A stretch of 64,000 nt of DNA from Saprospira sp. CCB-QB6. Its GTDB lineage: Bacteria; Bacteroidota; Bacteroidia; Chitinophagales; Saprospiraceae. The notes beneath the pieces are model-generated. The model was given only the letters and a program-made list of their open reading frames with translations, was not told the origin of the DNA and did not search any database. The stretch spans positions 1,327,886 through 1,391,885 of the forward strand of contig NZ_CP116808.1 in assembly GCF_028464065.1 (NCBI RefSeq), given 5' to 3'. This document shows, one piece after another, positions 48,556-57,320 of the stretch (positions are counted from its first letter, which is position 1; each line of letters opens with the position of its first letter). A program made the translations under genes and the position numbers.

Positions 48556-48612
48556 GTCCCCCCAAAAAAAGGGATGTCCTTTTGGGGCCTTAGCGCGACA
48601 AGAGGACATCCT
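48556..48612 (-). terminator. rho-independent terminator for the ACR3 gene (minus strand: GGATGTCCTCTTGTCGCGCTAAGGCCCCAAAAGGACATCC followed by a T-run)
   Basis: 9-bp stem followed by CTTTTTTTGGGG on the minus strand. Confidence 0.5.
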
Positions 48613-48718
48613 GGGGTGTTAATCTTAGATTAAGCTTGCATCAAGGTAATAAAAAGCTAGAAATTATGGAACCTCCCGATAGATTTTAAGTGCGTGGGGG
48701 CAGCTCAGTTTGTCTACA

Positions 48719-49747
48719 TTACAAATTATCATAATATTTTCGCTTGAGGTAGAAAGCCAAGCGGACCAATAAAATAAGGGCGGGGACCTCAATCAATGGG
48801 CCCACTACAGCCACAAAGGCCGCAATAGAATCTAGACCAAAAAGGGCAATCGCCACCACAATAGCCAGCTCAAAGTTGTTGCCTGCTGCCGTGAACGAAA
48901 TGGCTACATTCTGATCATAAGGGACCTTTTGCCAGCGGCTAATAAAAAAGCCCAATAAAAACATCAAGACAAAATAAAGACTAAGCGGAAGGGCCAAATG
49001 CAAGACCTGCAAGGGCAGCTCAAAGATGATATCTGCCTTGAGCGAAAACATCAACACAATAGTAAAGAGTAGGAAAAGCAGGGTCAGCGGACCTATTTTG
49101 GGCAGAAACTTTTGTTCATAGTTGGCTTTGCCCCAATATTTCTGTCCTAAAAAGCGGCTCAAGCCACCTAGCGCAAGGGGAATTCCTAAATAAATCCCCA
49201 CCGTCTTAAGCAAGTAGTGAAATGGAATTTCTGGAATCGCATCTAGTTCAATCCCTAGCCAAGCTGGCAGATAGTTAATAAAAAATAAAGCATAAGCCCC
49301 ATAGCCAAAAAGTTGAAACAGGCTATTGAGCGCAACCAAAGCCGCTGCATATTCTTTATTTCCCTTGGCCAAATCGTTCCAAACCAAAACCATAGCAATA
49401 CAGCGGGCCAAGCCAATGAGAATAAGGCCCGTCATATACATAGGTTGATTGGCAAAGAACAAAACCGCAAGGCCAAACATCAAAAAGGGGCCAATAATCC
49501 AGTTGAGGACCAAAGAAAGCCCCAAAACCTTGAGGTTTTTCATTAGGCTTGGCAATAGCCGATAATCTACCTTAGCTAAGGGAGGATACATCATTAAGAT
49601 CAATCCAATAGCTAAAGGGATATTCACTTCTTGATACTCCCAACTAGCCAGAATTTCTCCCCAATTGGGAATGAATTTCCCAAACACTAAGCCTAATAGC
49701 ATAGCGATAAAAATCCATACGGTCAGGTATTTATCTAAGTATTTCAT
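48719..49747 (-). CDS. acr3: ACR3-family arsenite efflux permease
   Basis: N-terminal MKYLDKYLTVWIFIAML matches the ACR3 signature (LSFLDRYLTLWIF); 10 TMs; 342 aa. Confidence 0.7.
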   Translation of the reverse strand: MKYLDKYLTVWIFIAMLLGLVFGKFIPNWGEILASWEYQEVNIPLAIGLILMMYPPLAKVDYRLLPSLMKNLKVLGLSLVLNWIIGPFLMFGLAVLFFANQPMYMTGLILIGLARCIAMVLVWNDLAKGNKEYAAALVALNSLFQLFGYGAYALFFINYLPAWLGIELDAIPEIPFHYLLKTVGIYLGIPLALGGLSRFLGQKYWGKANYEQKFLPKIGPLTLLFLLFTIVLMFSLKADIIFELPLQVLHLALPLSLYFVLMFLLGFFISRWQKVPYDQNVAISFTAAGNNFELAIVVAIALFGLDSIAAFVAVVGPLIEVPALILLVRLAFYLKRKYYDNL

Positions 49748-50321
49748 TTTGGCTGCATTTGCTGAAAATATAAAAGAGGTCTCGCCCTATTTCTTGTGCT
49801 CGCTGACGATATACAAAAGCAGCCTGAGCACGACCATCCATTTTCGAGGGATCTTCATAAGGCAATGAAAAGCGCTGATAAGCCTCGGGCAAATAAGGAC
49901 AGTCGGCCTCCACTTCACTACAAAGCATAAAGGCATAAATAGGCTGTTCACTTTGCCCCTCTATAGCCCAAAGCTTGGTCTTCAATTGGCTTCCTTGATT
50001 CTCGGCCCAATATAAATACCCTCCAACTAACGAAAAGCCCAGCTGTTGAAGGCAGGCTGTAGTTTGAGGCGCTAGAGGACCTGCTACAGTTCCCGCAGAA
50101 TAAATCTGAAAATTCAATCCAAAATAATGATTGAATAAATGCGCCCAAAATTCAGCAAATTGACTTCTTCGGCTATTGTGTCGACACACAAAATAAAGCT
50201 GACTGTTTTTGGGCGCAGCCCTTAAAGCAGCTATGATTGAAGCAAAACGATCAACAGGATAATCCGCAACCTCTTTCTCCAATTGCTCAATTTGCTTGAG
50301 GAGTTTTGGATAAATAGACAT
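49731..50321 (-). CDS. arsC: LMW-PTP-family arsenate reductase (ArsC-like) with N-terminal ~35-aa extension (the ORF is open to 50363)
   Basis: P-loop LYFVCRHNSRRSQFAEFWA (CX5R), YSAGT, LCSEVEADCPYLP and YEDP align with B. subtilis ArsC, retaining the Cys10/Cys82/Cys89 equivalents. Confidence 0.6.
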   Translation of the reverse strand: MSIYPKLLKQIEQLEKEVADYPVDRFASIIAALRAAPKNSQLYFVCRHNSRRSQFAEFWAHLFNHYFGLNFQIYSAGTVAGPLAPQTTACLQQLGFSLVGGYLYWAENQGSQLKTKLWAIEGQSEQPIYAFMLCSEVEADCPYLPEAYQRFSLPYEDPSKMDGRAQAAFVYRQRAQEIGRDLFYIFSKCSQNEILR

Positions 50322-50332
50322 GGATTTAAGAT

Positions 50333-50785
50333 TTAACAACAACCAGAATTTGGTCCACAACAAGAAGATTTTTTCTCCTCCTCAAAGGGAATTCCACAAG
50401 CCTCCTTAGCCAAACAATCCGTTTGCTTAGCTTGCAAGACCAACTGCCCCAAGTTATTCAATCCCAACCAATAATACTCCAAACTATTAGGCCCCTGATA
50501 CTCCACAGCCAATTCTAAATCAGCTAATTGCAGCTTTTCTTCTGCCAACTCAATAATCTTGAGCATCTTGCTGGGCGCCAAACGATGCTCCACATCATCA
50601 GCTACCCAAAACTGCAGGACCAACTCCTTTTGCTCCCGGAGCTGCCCCCCACAATCCATAAACCTTTTCTGAACCTCCCCCAATTCTGTCAAATGAAAAT
50701 GCGCAGGAATCAACTGCCCATCTTGCTGAAAAATACTAAGTGCTTCGGCCTGGGCCAAATGAGCTTTCAATGCAGATAGTTTCAT
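50333..50785 (-). CDS. hypothetical protein with vicinal-cysteine C-terminal tail SSCCGPNSGCC (ArsD-tail-like), in an ars operon
   Basis: The tail resembles the ArsD C-terminus (...CCGGNTSCC); the rest is not ArsD-like (no N-terminal CC-x4-C). Confidence 0.45.
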   Translation of the reverse strand: MKLSALKAHLAQAEALSIFQQDGQLIPAHFHLTELGEVQKRFMDCGGQLREQKELVLQFWVADDVEHRLAPSKMLKIIELAEEKLQLADLELAVEYQGPNSLEYYWLGLNNLGQLVLQAKQTDCLAKEACGIPFEEEKKSSCCGPNSGCC

Positions 50786-50877
50786 AAGATCGTATTTTTG
50801 CGATAGATTAGATAAAAAGAAAAGGCCATTTCGGCCTAGTAATCGTAAAAGTACGATAAGTAATTTAACTGACTAAA

Positions 50878-51216
50878 TTAGCAGCATTTTTTATCAGAAT
50901 TTAACAATTCTGTTCCATTGATGAGTGGACCTAAAGTCTTTTGCAAATGTTGCCAGCCCGCAGAATCAATACAATAATTTCGGCGAACGCCCTCTATATT
51001 TCCCTGAATAAGCCCAGCTTCTTTCAGGGCTTTTAAGTGCTGACTAACAGTAGCCTGAGCCAAGCCAAGCTCCTCCACCAAATCACTCGTAATACAGGCC
51101 TCCGCAGCAATGAGGCGCTCCAGAATAGCAATTCTAGCGGGATGCGCCAAAGCTTTAGCCAATTTGGCCATCTCATTTTGTGCCGTAGTAAAGAGTTCCG
51201 TTTTGCTGCTCGCCAT
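50878..51216 (-). CDS. arsR: ArsR/SmtB-family metalloid-responsive repressor
   Basis: [48 protein letters not shown]; has the Cys in helix alpha-3 (EAC). Confidence 0.7.
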   Translation of the reverse strand: MASSKTELFTTAQNEMAKLAKALAHPARIAILERLIAAEACITSDLVEELGLAQATVSQHLKALKEAGLIQGNIEGVRRNYCIDSAGWQHLQKTLGPLINGTELLNSDKKCC

Positions 51217-51218
51217 AT

Positions 51219-51767
51219 TTACTTTTTAGATTTTTTCTCTTCTTCCTCCAAAAGTTCTTCCTGCTCTCGAATATAAGCTTCAATCAATTTGTCCAAAATT
51301 TGTCGCATCGGTTTATTCTCCTGTCGGGCAATGGTTTTAAACTGATCAATTTTCTTGCTATTGAGCACCACGGTCAATCGACGAGTCTTTTGCTTAGACT
51401 TTCGGCTGCCGTTCGTTTCTTGTTCTTCTGGACTTTCGGGCACGGTACGCTTGAGCAAAAGCTCGATACCCACGGCCTTTTCGCCATCTTTATTTTGCAC
51501 AACGCCTCTTTTCACCTCAGCTACAGAGGTCCCATCCTTACCAAAAGAGCTCTCGATACTTTCCTTAAAGAAGCTTTCGAGATTATCGGCAAAAGACTTT
51601 CGGCTACTTTTGCGTTTTTTGCTGCTTTTCTGCTTGCTTTTTTTGCTGCTTTCCTCCTCTTCCACAGTCAATACAGAAGGGTTATCTTGGGCATTATCTT
51701 CATAGAGCGTATGCTCAAACAAAGATTCTAAGTCGGTTGAAAAGGATTTTTTATTACGCTTGGCCAT
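51219..51767 (-). CDS. Lys/Ser-rich hypothetical protein with internal duplication ([13 protein letters not shown] / [13 protein letters not shown]) and a C-terminal ribbon-helix-helix-like segment; the longer track ORF reads through a REP copy and is trimmed here
   Basis: Met at 51767; [36 protein letters not shown] is beta-strand then helix-helix like; directly upstream of arsR on the same strand. Confidence 0.4.
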   Translation of the reverse strand: MAKRNKKSFSTDLESLFEHTLYEDNAQDNPSVLTVEEEESSKKSKQKSSKKRKSSRKSFADNLESFFKESIESSFGKDGTSVAEVKRGVVQNKDGEKAVGIELLLKRTVPESPEEQETNGSRKSKQKTRRLTVVLNSKKIDQFKTIARQENKPMRQILDKLIEAYIREQEELLEEEEKKSKK

Positions 51768-51821
51768 GATGCGGATACGATTGGAGAAAGCAGTTAAAAT
51801 AGTGGTTAGGGGAAGTATTTG

Positions 51822-51966
51822 GGGCTTCCCCTTCGGCCCTTTGGGCCTGCGGGTCGGGCTGTGTCGGGGCTCGCTATTCGCTCGGCCCTGCGCGGGCTTT
51901 GCCCGCTGGGTCTGCGGCTTTGCCGCCCCCCTATCCATCCCTAAGCCGGCGGCTGCGCCGCCTCTA
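51822..51966 (+). repeat. REP/MITE-like element copy (forward)
   Basis: TTTGGGGCTTCCCCTTCGGCCCTTTGGGCCTGCGGGTCGGGCTGTGTCGGGGCTCGCTATTCGCTCGGCCCTGCGCGGG...CATCCCTAAGCC. Confidence 0.7.
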
Positions 51967-52087
51967 GGTCCAAGAAGCTCTTGAACGCATAGCAATATAA
52001 CAAAAAAAATCTTTTCTTCTTTGCTCTTGCCTTGGCTAGTCCCTGCATAAGAGCAAAAGCGGCCAATTTGTTCCTTTTGGTCCTGCT

Positions 52088-52258
52088 TTTTGAGGCGGCG
52101 CAGCCGCCTGCGAGCGCAGCGAGCCATGGCCCAGCGCTGCGGAGGGGTGGCCGAAGGCCAGACCGAGCCAGCTTGCTGGCGAAGGGCCGAGCGAATAGCG
52201 AGCCCCGCAGCATAGCGGCGGCCGCCCCGCTATAAAGGGCGGCCGCGGGCCCCAAAAT
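52088..52258 (-). repeat. REP/MITE-like element copy (reverse)
   Basis: GCGGAGGGGTGGCCGAAGGCCAGACCGAGCC...GAAGGGCCGAGCGAATAGCGAGCCCCGCAGC...GGGCCCCAAAA. Confidence 0.7.
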
Positions 52259-52261
52259 CAA

Positions 52262-52768
52262 CTAGTTATATTCCTCCTCCTCCTCTTCTTCTTCAGGATC
52301 GGGATTATTCATATAATCGATTGCTTCTTGGGCCATGCGGCTGTTTGGATATTCAGCTAAAACGCGCTCGTAGGCGGCTCGAGCTTCGTCCCAGCGATCT
52401 TCTTGAAAATAGCAGAGGGCTTGGTTAATCAGGGCCATTTCCTTATAGCTCATATTCGAGATGCTGAGAATAAAAAAAGAGCGGTAATCATCTAGCCAAG
52501 CATGCTGTTTAAAGTAATCGTAGCTACAGGCAAAAGCTTGGCGGGCCAGCTCATAATCCTCATTTTGCAGGGCCTTCATGCCCGAACGATGATGATGAGG
52601 AATAATATTTTGGAGCAAAACAGAGAGGCCCAAATAGAGCAGGGCGCCCAACCAAGGCGCCATATCCCAGCCCAAGCCCAAAGCTTTGAGCAAGGCAATA
52701 AAGAGGGCAAAAACGATTAGGTGGGGCCAAATGGCCAGCCACTTAATTTGTCGAAGTAAAGAGAGCAT
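52262..52768 (-). CDS. hypothetical membrane protein with TPR-like region and poly-Glu C-terminus
   Basis: Two N-terminal TMs; EEEEEEEEY tail. Confidence 0.4.
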   Translation of the reverse strand: MLSLLRQIKWLAIWPHLIVFALFIALLKALGLGWDMAPWLGALLYLGLSVLLQNIIPHHHRSGMKALQNEDYELARQAFACSYDYFKQHAWLDDYRSFFILSISNMSYKEMALINQALCYFQEDRWDEARAAYERVLAEYPNSRMAQEAIDYMNNPDPEEEEEEEEYN

Positions 52769-52771
52769 AAA

Positions 52772-53194
52772 TTAGATTGTCCAGTCCTTGCCCTGAGCGA
52801 CCTGCCAGGCGGCAAAACCACCACGCAAGGCATAGAGCTGTTTAAAACCATTATTGTACATAACTTGGCAGGCTTTGGCCGCCCACTGTCCGTGCTCGCA
52901 ATATACAAAATAAGGCTGGTCCTGATCTAGCCCATGTAGAAATTCTACAAACTGTATGCGTTGCTCAAAATTGACTAAAACGGCATTGGGGATACTGTCT
53001 CGGCCCAAGGCCGCATTTCCTCGAATATCCAAAATGATGGCATTGGGCCGTTGTTCTAGGGCCTGCAACCAATCTTCAATATCTAAATTCTGGAAGGGAA
53101 GAAGCTGCTGTTTTTGTCCTTTTCCTCGAATAAAAAACAGCCAAACAAAGATAGCGCCTACGATAAATACCGTTGCAAAGAAAACCGGATTCAT
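52772..53194 (-). CDS. membrane-anchored rhodanese-like domain protein
   Basis: N-terminal TM; rhodanese fold with Cys in FVYCEHGQWAA. Confidence 0.5.
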   Translation of the reverse strand: MNPVFFATVFIVGAIFVWLFFIRGKGQKQQLLPFQNLDIEDWLQALEQRPNAIILDIRGNAALGRDSIPNAVLVNFEQRIQFVEFLHGLDQDQPYFVYCEHGQWAAKACQVMYNNGFKQLYALRGGFAAWQVAQGKDWTI

Positions 53195-53314
53195 ACTAAA
53201 TAATTATTCTTTTGCTCTTTAGCGCTGCAGTTAGGAGGGGCTTGAAGACTAGGCAGCGGCCAGCCGATGATCGGCTGGCCTTTGCTTAGCGTCTTTTAAT
53301 GAACTTGAGAACGC

Positions 53315-53626
53315 CTATACCTGAGTATGTTCCCAAGCCATCATGCCTCCGTCCAAATTCGTGACTTCAGCATAGCCATTTTGGGCCAAAAATGCACAAG
53401 CACTTGCTGAGCGGCGGCCAGAGCGGCAATAAATGTAATAAGATTTGTTGGCGTCCAATTTAAGGACCTCCTGTTGAAAATTGTCGTCGAAGAAGTTGAG
53501 CTCAATCGCTCCCTCAATCTTACCCTCGGCAATCTCTTCGGGAGTGCGTACGTCTAGTACAACAGCGTTTTCATCAGCTTCGAAGGCTGCCTTAAATTCG
53601 GCAGGCCCTAGATTAGGAAAGCTCAT
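53315..53626 (-). CDS. single-domain rhodanese (thiosulfate sulfurtransferase-like)
   Basis: Active-site loop YIYCRSGRRSA (CX5R style). Confidence 0.65.
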   Translation of the reverse strand: MSFPNLGPAEFKAAFEADENAVVLDVRTPEEIAEGKIEGAIELNFFDDNFQQEVLKLDANKSYYIYCRSGRRSASACAFLAQNGYAEVTNLDGGMMAWEHTQV

Positions 53627-53727
53627 AGTTTCATCATTTAGCAGTTTTAAGAATGGCTGTAAGATAATGCATTCTTTTGGGCTACAATGTGACTTTGTTC
53701 CTATAACGCTTTTTTATTCTTCTGGTT

Positions 53728-54576
53728 TTATTGTAGCAGGTTCCGCTCTTCGGCCTCTTGCAAGGCAGAGTGTAGAACAACGGGCTCTGATTTCTTGTCC
53801 ATCCGCAAAACTAACATCTGTACTAAGGTCGAAAAGGCAATGGCAAAATACAAATAGCCCTTAGGAATAGCCTCAATATGGAAGTCTCCAATCGCAGCAT
53901 GGGCCAAATGCCCACCCTCTGCAATTAACATAAAGGAGATAAGGAGCAAGAAAGAAAGCGCCAACATCTGAATAGAAGGGTGCTTATTGATATAGCGACC
54001 AATAGGTCCAGCAAAGGCGATCATAATCAATACCGAAAAGATTACCCCTAAGATCATGACAGGCAAAGCATTCAAATCACTTTGGGTCAGGTCTTGGGTC
54101 AACCCAATAGCGGTAAGAATAGAATCTACAGAAAAGACCATATTGATAATGGTAATCTGAATAATCACATCCATTAACTTGGCCCCTGTTCCATCATTGT
54201 TCTCGGGGTTGTGCCCCTCCAACTTATGATGAATCTCTTTAATGGTTTTGTAGAGGAGAAACACCCCTCCCAAAATAAGCACAACGGCCTGCCCATTAGG
54301 CTGAGCATGAAAACTTAGGATGTGTAAATCGCCCCAACTAGCCGTGAGGTACTGCAAGAGAATAGAAATACCAAAAAGAAGCAATACCCGAAGGACCATC
54401 GCCAAAAGCAAACCGATATTTCGCGCCTTGGGCTGCTCCTCTTCCGAGAGCTTATTAGCCACAATCGAAATGAATACAATATTGTCAATTCCTAAGATGA
54501 CCTCCATAAAGGTAAGCGTCAGCAAGGCAGTCCAAGCTTGCGGAGAGGCAATCAATTCCGCTAATCCTTCAAACAT
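53728..54576 (-). CDS. TerC-family integral membrane protein
   Basis: LGIDNIVFISIV motif and about 8 TMs. Confidence 0.65.
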   Translation of the reverse strand: MFEGLAELIASPQAWTALLTLTFMEVILGIDNIVFISIVANKLSEEEQPKARNIGLLLAMVLRVLLLFGISILLQYLTASWGDLHILSFHAQPNGQAVVLILGGVFLLYKTIKEIHHKLEGHNPENNDGTGAKLMDVIIQITIINMVFSVDSILTAIGLTQDLTQSDLNALPVMILGVIFSVLIMIAFAGPIGRYINKHPSIQMLALSFLLLISFMLIAEGGHLAHAAIGDFHIEAIPKGYLYFAIAFSTLVQMLVLRMDKKSEPVVLHSALQEAEERNLLQ

Positions 54577-54579
54577 AGC

Positions 54580-56241
54580 TTATTTATTAGTTTTCATGTT
54601 GCGAATAAATTCGTCCAGTCGAGCTTGAGCAGTTTGAAGCTCCTCCTCATAAGAAGGGACCACAGAACCCTGCCCAGGCATAGTTTCCACATAAACAGAG
54701 GTAGAAGGGAAGGCAATCTGCACCCCAAGGGCCTCTGCAAGTCGCAAGATAGCAAAAATAAGCTCTTCTTTCCAAGCTAATTCCTGCCCCCAATCATTCG
54801 TCTTGAAGTAGACCATAAAGAGGACATCTAAGGAGGAGGCCCCCATATTATTCAAATGAATATAGTAGGTTTCCTTATCCGTATGCGGATGCGCTTCATT
54901 CAGTTTTCTCAAGCCCTGAATAAAGGTCTCAATTAAGGCTGGAGGCGTATGATAAGCTACCCCAATTGTCGTATTAAAACGGCGCAATTCCCGCTCCCCC
55001 AAGTTATTGATGGTCTCATTCATGAGGTTACCATTGGGCACAGAAATCACAGAGGTGTCCATGGTTTTAATTCGCGTAGAACGAAAACCAATATCGGTCA
55101 CGGTCCCCGTTACGGTCCCCACAGTCACAAAATCCCCAATCTGAAAGGGCCGATCCGCATAAATCATCATAGAGCCCAAGAGGTTGCGCAAGGCTTCTTG
55201 GGCCGCTAGGGCCACCGCCAAACCACCCAAAGAAAGCCCCGCCAATAGGGCCGTTACATTGACCCCACAAACGCTTAAAGCATGTATAAAGGCCGAAGCA
55301 ATGATTAGGGCATTGACAATGCGTATGAAAATAGGCAATAGATACTCATCTGTTGTGGTCTTGGTCCTACTGGTCAACCACTCCAAATAAGAACGGAAAA
55401 AGGCCAGGGTCCGCATGGCCAAAACCGCAAACAAGACCGTATTGGTCAACTTGAGCATCAACAGCAGATAAAAACTCAAGCCAATAGGCAACTGCAATAC
55501 AGGCACAAAGGTATAGACAATATAAAGAACCAAAAGATAGCTCAAGACCTTGGCCATTCGAATGACTTGCTTCTCATCAAAATGCCCCTTGCCCAAACGG
55601 CTATTCGCAAAAAAGTGAATGGTCCACCTAAACAAACGCGAGATAAAGGCATGCAATATAAAACTCAAGGCAATCAAAATCAACATCCCCAAATACTGCC
55701 AACTCGCCAAGCCCAAAAAACGCTGCTGCCCCAACTGTGGCAAAACACTGAGCAAAATATCACTCCCAAAGGGATAAACCTGCTTGTGCAGTTGCGGAAT
55801 CGCCCGCTCCGTCTCCCTCGAATAATGCCATTTGCCCGATATTTTATTCCGCTCCAAATAGACCTCCGGCAATTCTTGCGGATAGGGAATATAGACATTT
55901 TTCTGCCCCACAGAATCCCTATACATGGGGTCCTCTGGTATCCGACTCAAAGACACCCGCAAGCCTTTTCCATCCCAAATCTGCTTGAGCTTTAAAGCCA
56001 AATCCTGGCCCGCCTCGCCCCGCTTATAAAAAGCCCTAGCCGCCATGCTCGCATCATAATGATCCGCCTGCAAATAGTACAAATGCGTATAAATCGCATC
56101 ATAGGGCGTCAGCAAATTGGCCTCGGGCTTTTCTGAAGGATCTGCAGTTTGCCCCCAAGCCAAAAAGGGTAAAAGAAGTAGTAGTAATAATGATAATCGC
56201 TTGTTTGTAAAGCGCATAAATGCTCTTGTTTTTATGTACAA
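54580..56241 (-). CDS. MscS-family mechanosensitive channel with periplasmic N-terminal domain
   Basis: IYADRPFQIGDFVTVGTVTGTVTDIGFRSTRIKT...VISVPNGNL (MscS TM3/beta-domain signature); signal peptide. Confidence 0.7.
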   Translation of the reverse strand: MYIKTRAFMRFTNKRLSLLLLLLLPFLAWGQTADPSEKPEANLLTPYDAIYTHLYYLQADHYDASMAARAFYKRGEAGQDLALKLKQIWDGKGLRVSLSRIPEDPMYRDSVGQKNVYIPYPQELPEVYLERNKISGKWHYSRETERAIPQLHKQVYPFGSDILLSVLPQLGQQRFLGLASWQYLGMLILIALSFILHAFISRLFRWTIHFFANSRLGKGHFDEKQVIRMAKVLSYLLVLYIVYTFVPVLQLPIGLSFYLLLMLKLTNTVLFAVLAMRTLAFFRSYLEWLTSRTKTTTDEYLLPIFIRIVNALIIASAFIHALSVCGVNVTALLAGLSLGGLAVALAAQEALRNLLGSMMIYADRPFQIGDFVTVGTVTGTVTDIGFRSTRIKTMDTSVISVPNGNLMNETINNLGERELRRFNTTIGVAYHTPPALIETFIQGLRKLNEAHPHTDKETYYIHLNNMGASSLDVLFMVYFKTNDWGQELAWKEELIFAILRLAEALGVQIAFPSTSVYVETMPGQGSVVPSYEEELQTAQARLDEFIRNMKTNK

Positions 56242-56315
56242 AGGTTTTCCAAGCCCAAAGTTAAGCTTTCTCTAGCGCTTTAAAGAGGTTCTGTTCTTAA
56301 GGTTATGTTTATCTT

Positions 56316-56452
56316 TTTTGGGGCCTGCCGCCTTCGGCGGCCGGGCTGTGCACTGGCTCGCAGGTCTGCTCGGCCCTGCGGGGCTTCCGCTGCGCTTCAG
56401 CCCCTGGGTCTGCGGCTGCGCCGCCCCAGTTACCATCCCTAGGCCGCTCATC
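56316..56452 (+). repeat. REP/MITE-like element copy
   Basis: TTTTTTGGGGCCTGCCGCCTTCGGCGGCCGGGCTGTGCACTGGCTCGCAGGTCTGCTCGGCCCTGCGGGG...CATCCCTAGGCC. Confidence 0.65.
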
Positions 56453-56469
56453 CTTGAGTTTTCAGGCTA

Positions 56470-57130
56470 GCCATTTTGCTTCGGCCCAATATCCGCTAGA
56501 GGGCTTCCCTTAACCATTGAGAGGGGTACACCTACCCCTCTGGAGGATTTCCCATACCCGTCAGAAGGAGTTACATACTCATCGGGAGGGGTCACTTAGG
56601 CATCGGAATGGGGTCCGCTAGCTATCAAGAGGGTTTTACCTACCCATCGGGAGGGGTACAGTTACCCCTCTGGAGGATTTCACTTAGCCATCCGAAGGGG
56701 TACAATAGCCCTCTCTAGGGCTAGACGTAGTCCTCTACAGGGCTACTCCTAATCATCAAGAGCATTCCCTAACCTCCGAGCGAGGGTCTCTTCTAATCCT
56801 CGATAGGGGCTGGGCAAATCCTCTTAAGAGCTGGCTCTAATCCTCCAGATTAGGCCCCTAGTCATCAAGACCATTATTCTACCTAGAAGCGAGGACTTAG
56901 GCTAGTCATTAGTAGGACTTGAACTACCCCAAAGCATGACCTATAGAGATCCTCCAGGGCAACTAGGCCTATAGTATAAAGGACTTGAATAGGCCCAAAA
57001 GAGGACCTACACTAGCCCTATCAAGAACCTCCCCTAGCCCAAGCGAGGACTTGCCAAAGTCCTCTTGAGGACCTAGGCAAATCCAAGAGAGGAGCTAACT
57101 AAATCCTGCTGAAGGGGTTTACTACTCCTC
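56470..57130. repeat. about 650-bp non-coding array of ~30 degenerate ~22-bp repeats (approximate consensus cTAnnCaTCnaGAGGGgtnac), CTAG-rich, with adjacent units forming imperfect palindromes (e.g. GAGGGGTACACCTACCCCTC)
   Basis: Period of about 21-23 bp visible by eye over 30 units. At least 12 CTAG tetramers against about 2.5 expected. No ORF of 60 aa or more on any frame between 56242 and 57320. Confidence 0.7.
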
Positions 57131-57283
57131 CCCCTTATTTTAGGTGCTCTTGGGGGTGGACTAGGCACAAAAAAGAGCCAAGGCCACAAGATCTCGGCTC
57201 CTTTTGAGGAAAGAACTGAATTAAAATTCTAACAAAAAAGTCAATTCTTCTATTTCAATCTATAGTTTTAAATTATCTATTTT

Positions 57284-57291
57284 TATATTTG
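57284..57291 (+). promoter_or_regulatory. -7 promoter element TATATTTG 30 nt upstream of the ATG at 57321
   Basis: TAnnTTTG consensus. Confidence 0.4.
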
Positions 57292-57320
57292 GTTATTATT
57301 TAAATAATAATTTAACCTGC

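Noticed and set aside
51768-52127. Upstream 120 codons of ORF 51219-52127
   Set aside because: The extension runs through a REP copy. The plausible start is the Met at 51767 (MAKRNKK...), immediately after the repeat.
56470-57130. Degenerate repeat region as a frameshifted repetitive-protein pseudogene
   Set aside because: Stops occur in every frame on both strands at high density, which the conserved CTAG/TAG in the unit enforces. There is no residual codon periodicity or start context, so a non-coding array is the more parsimonious reading.
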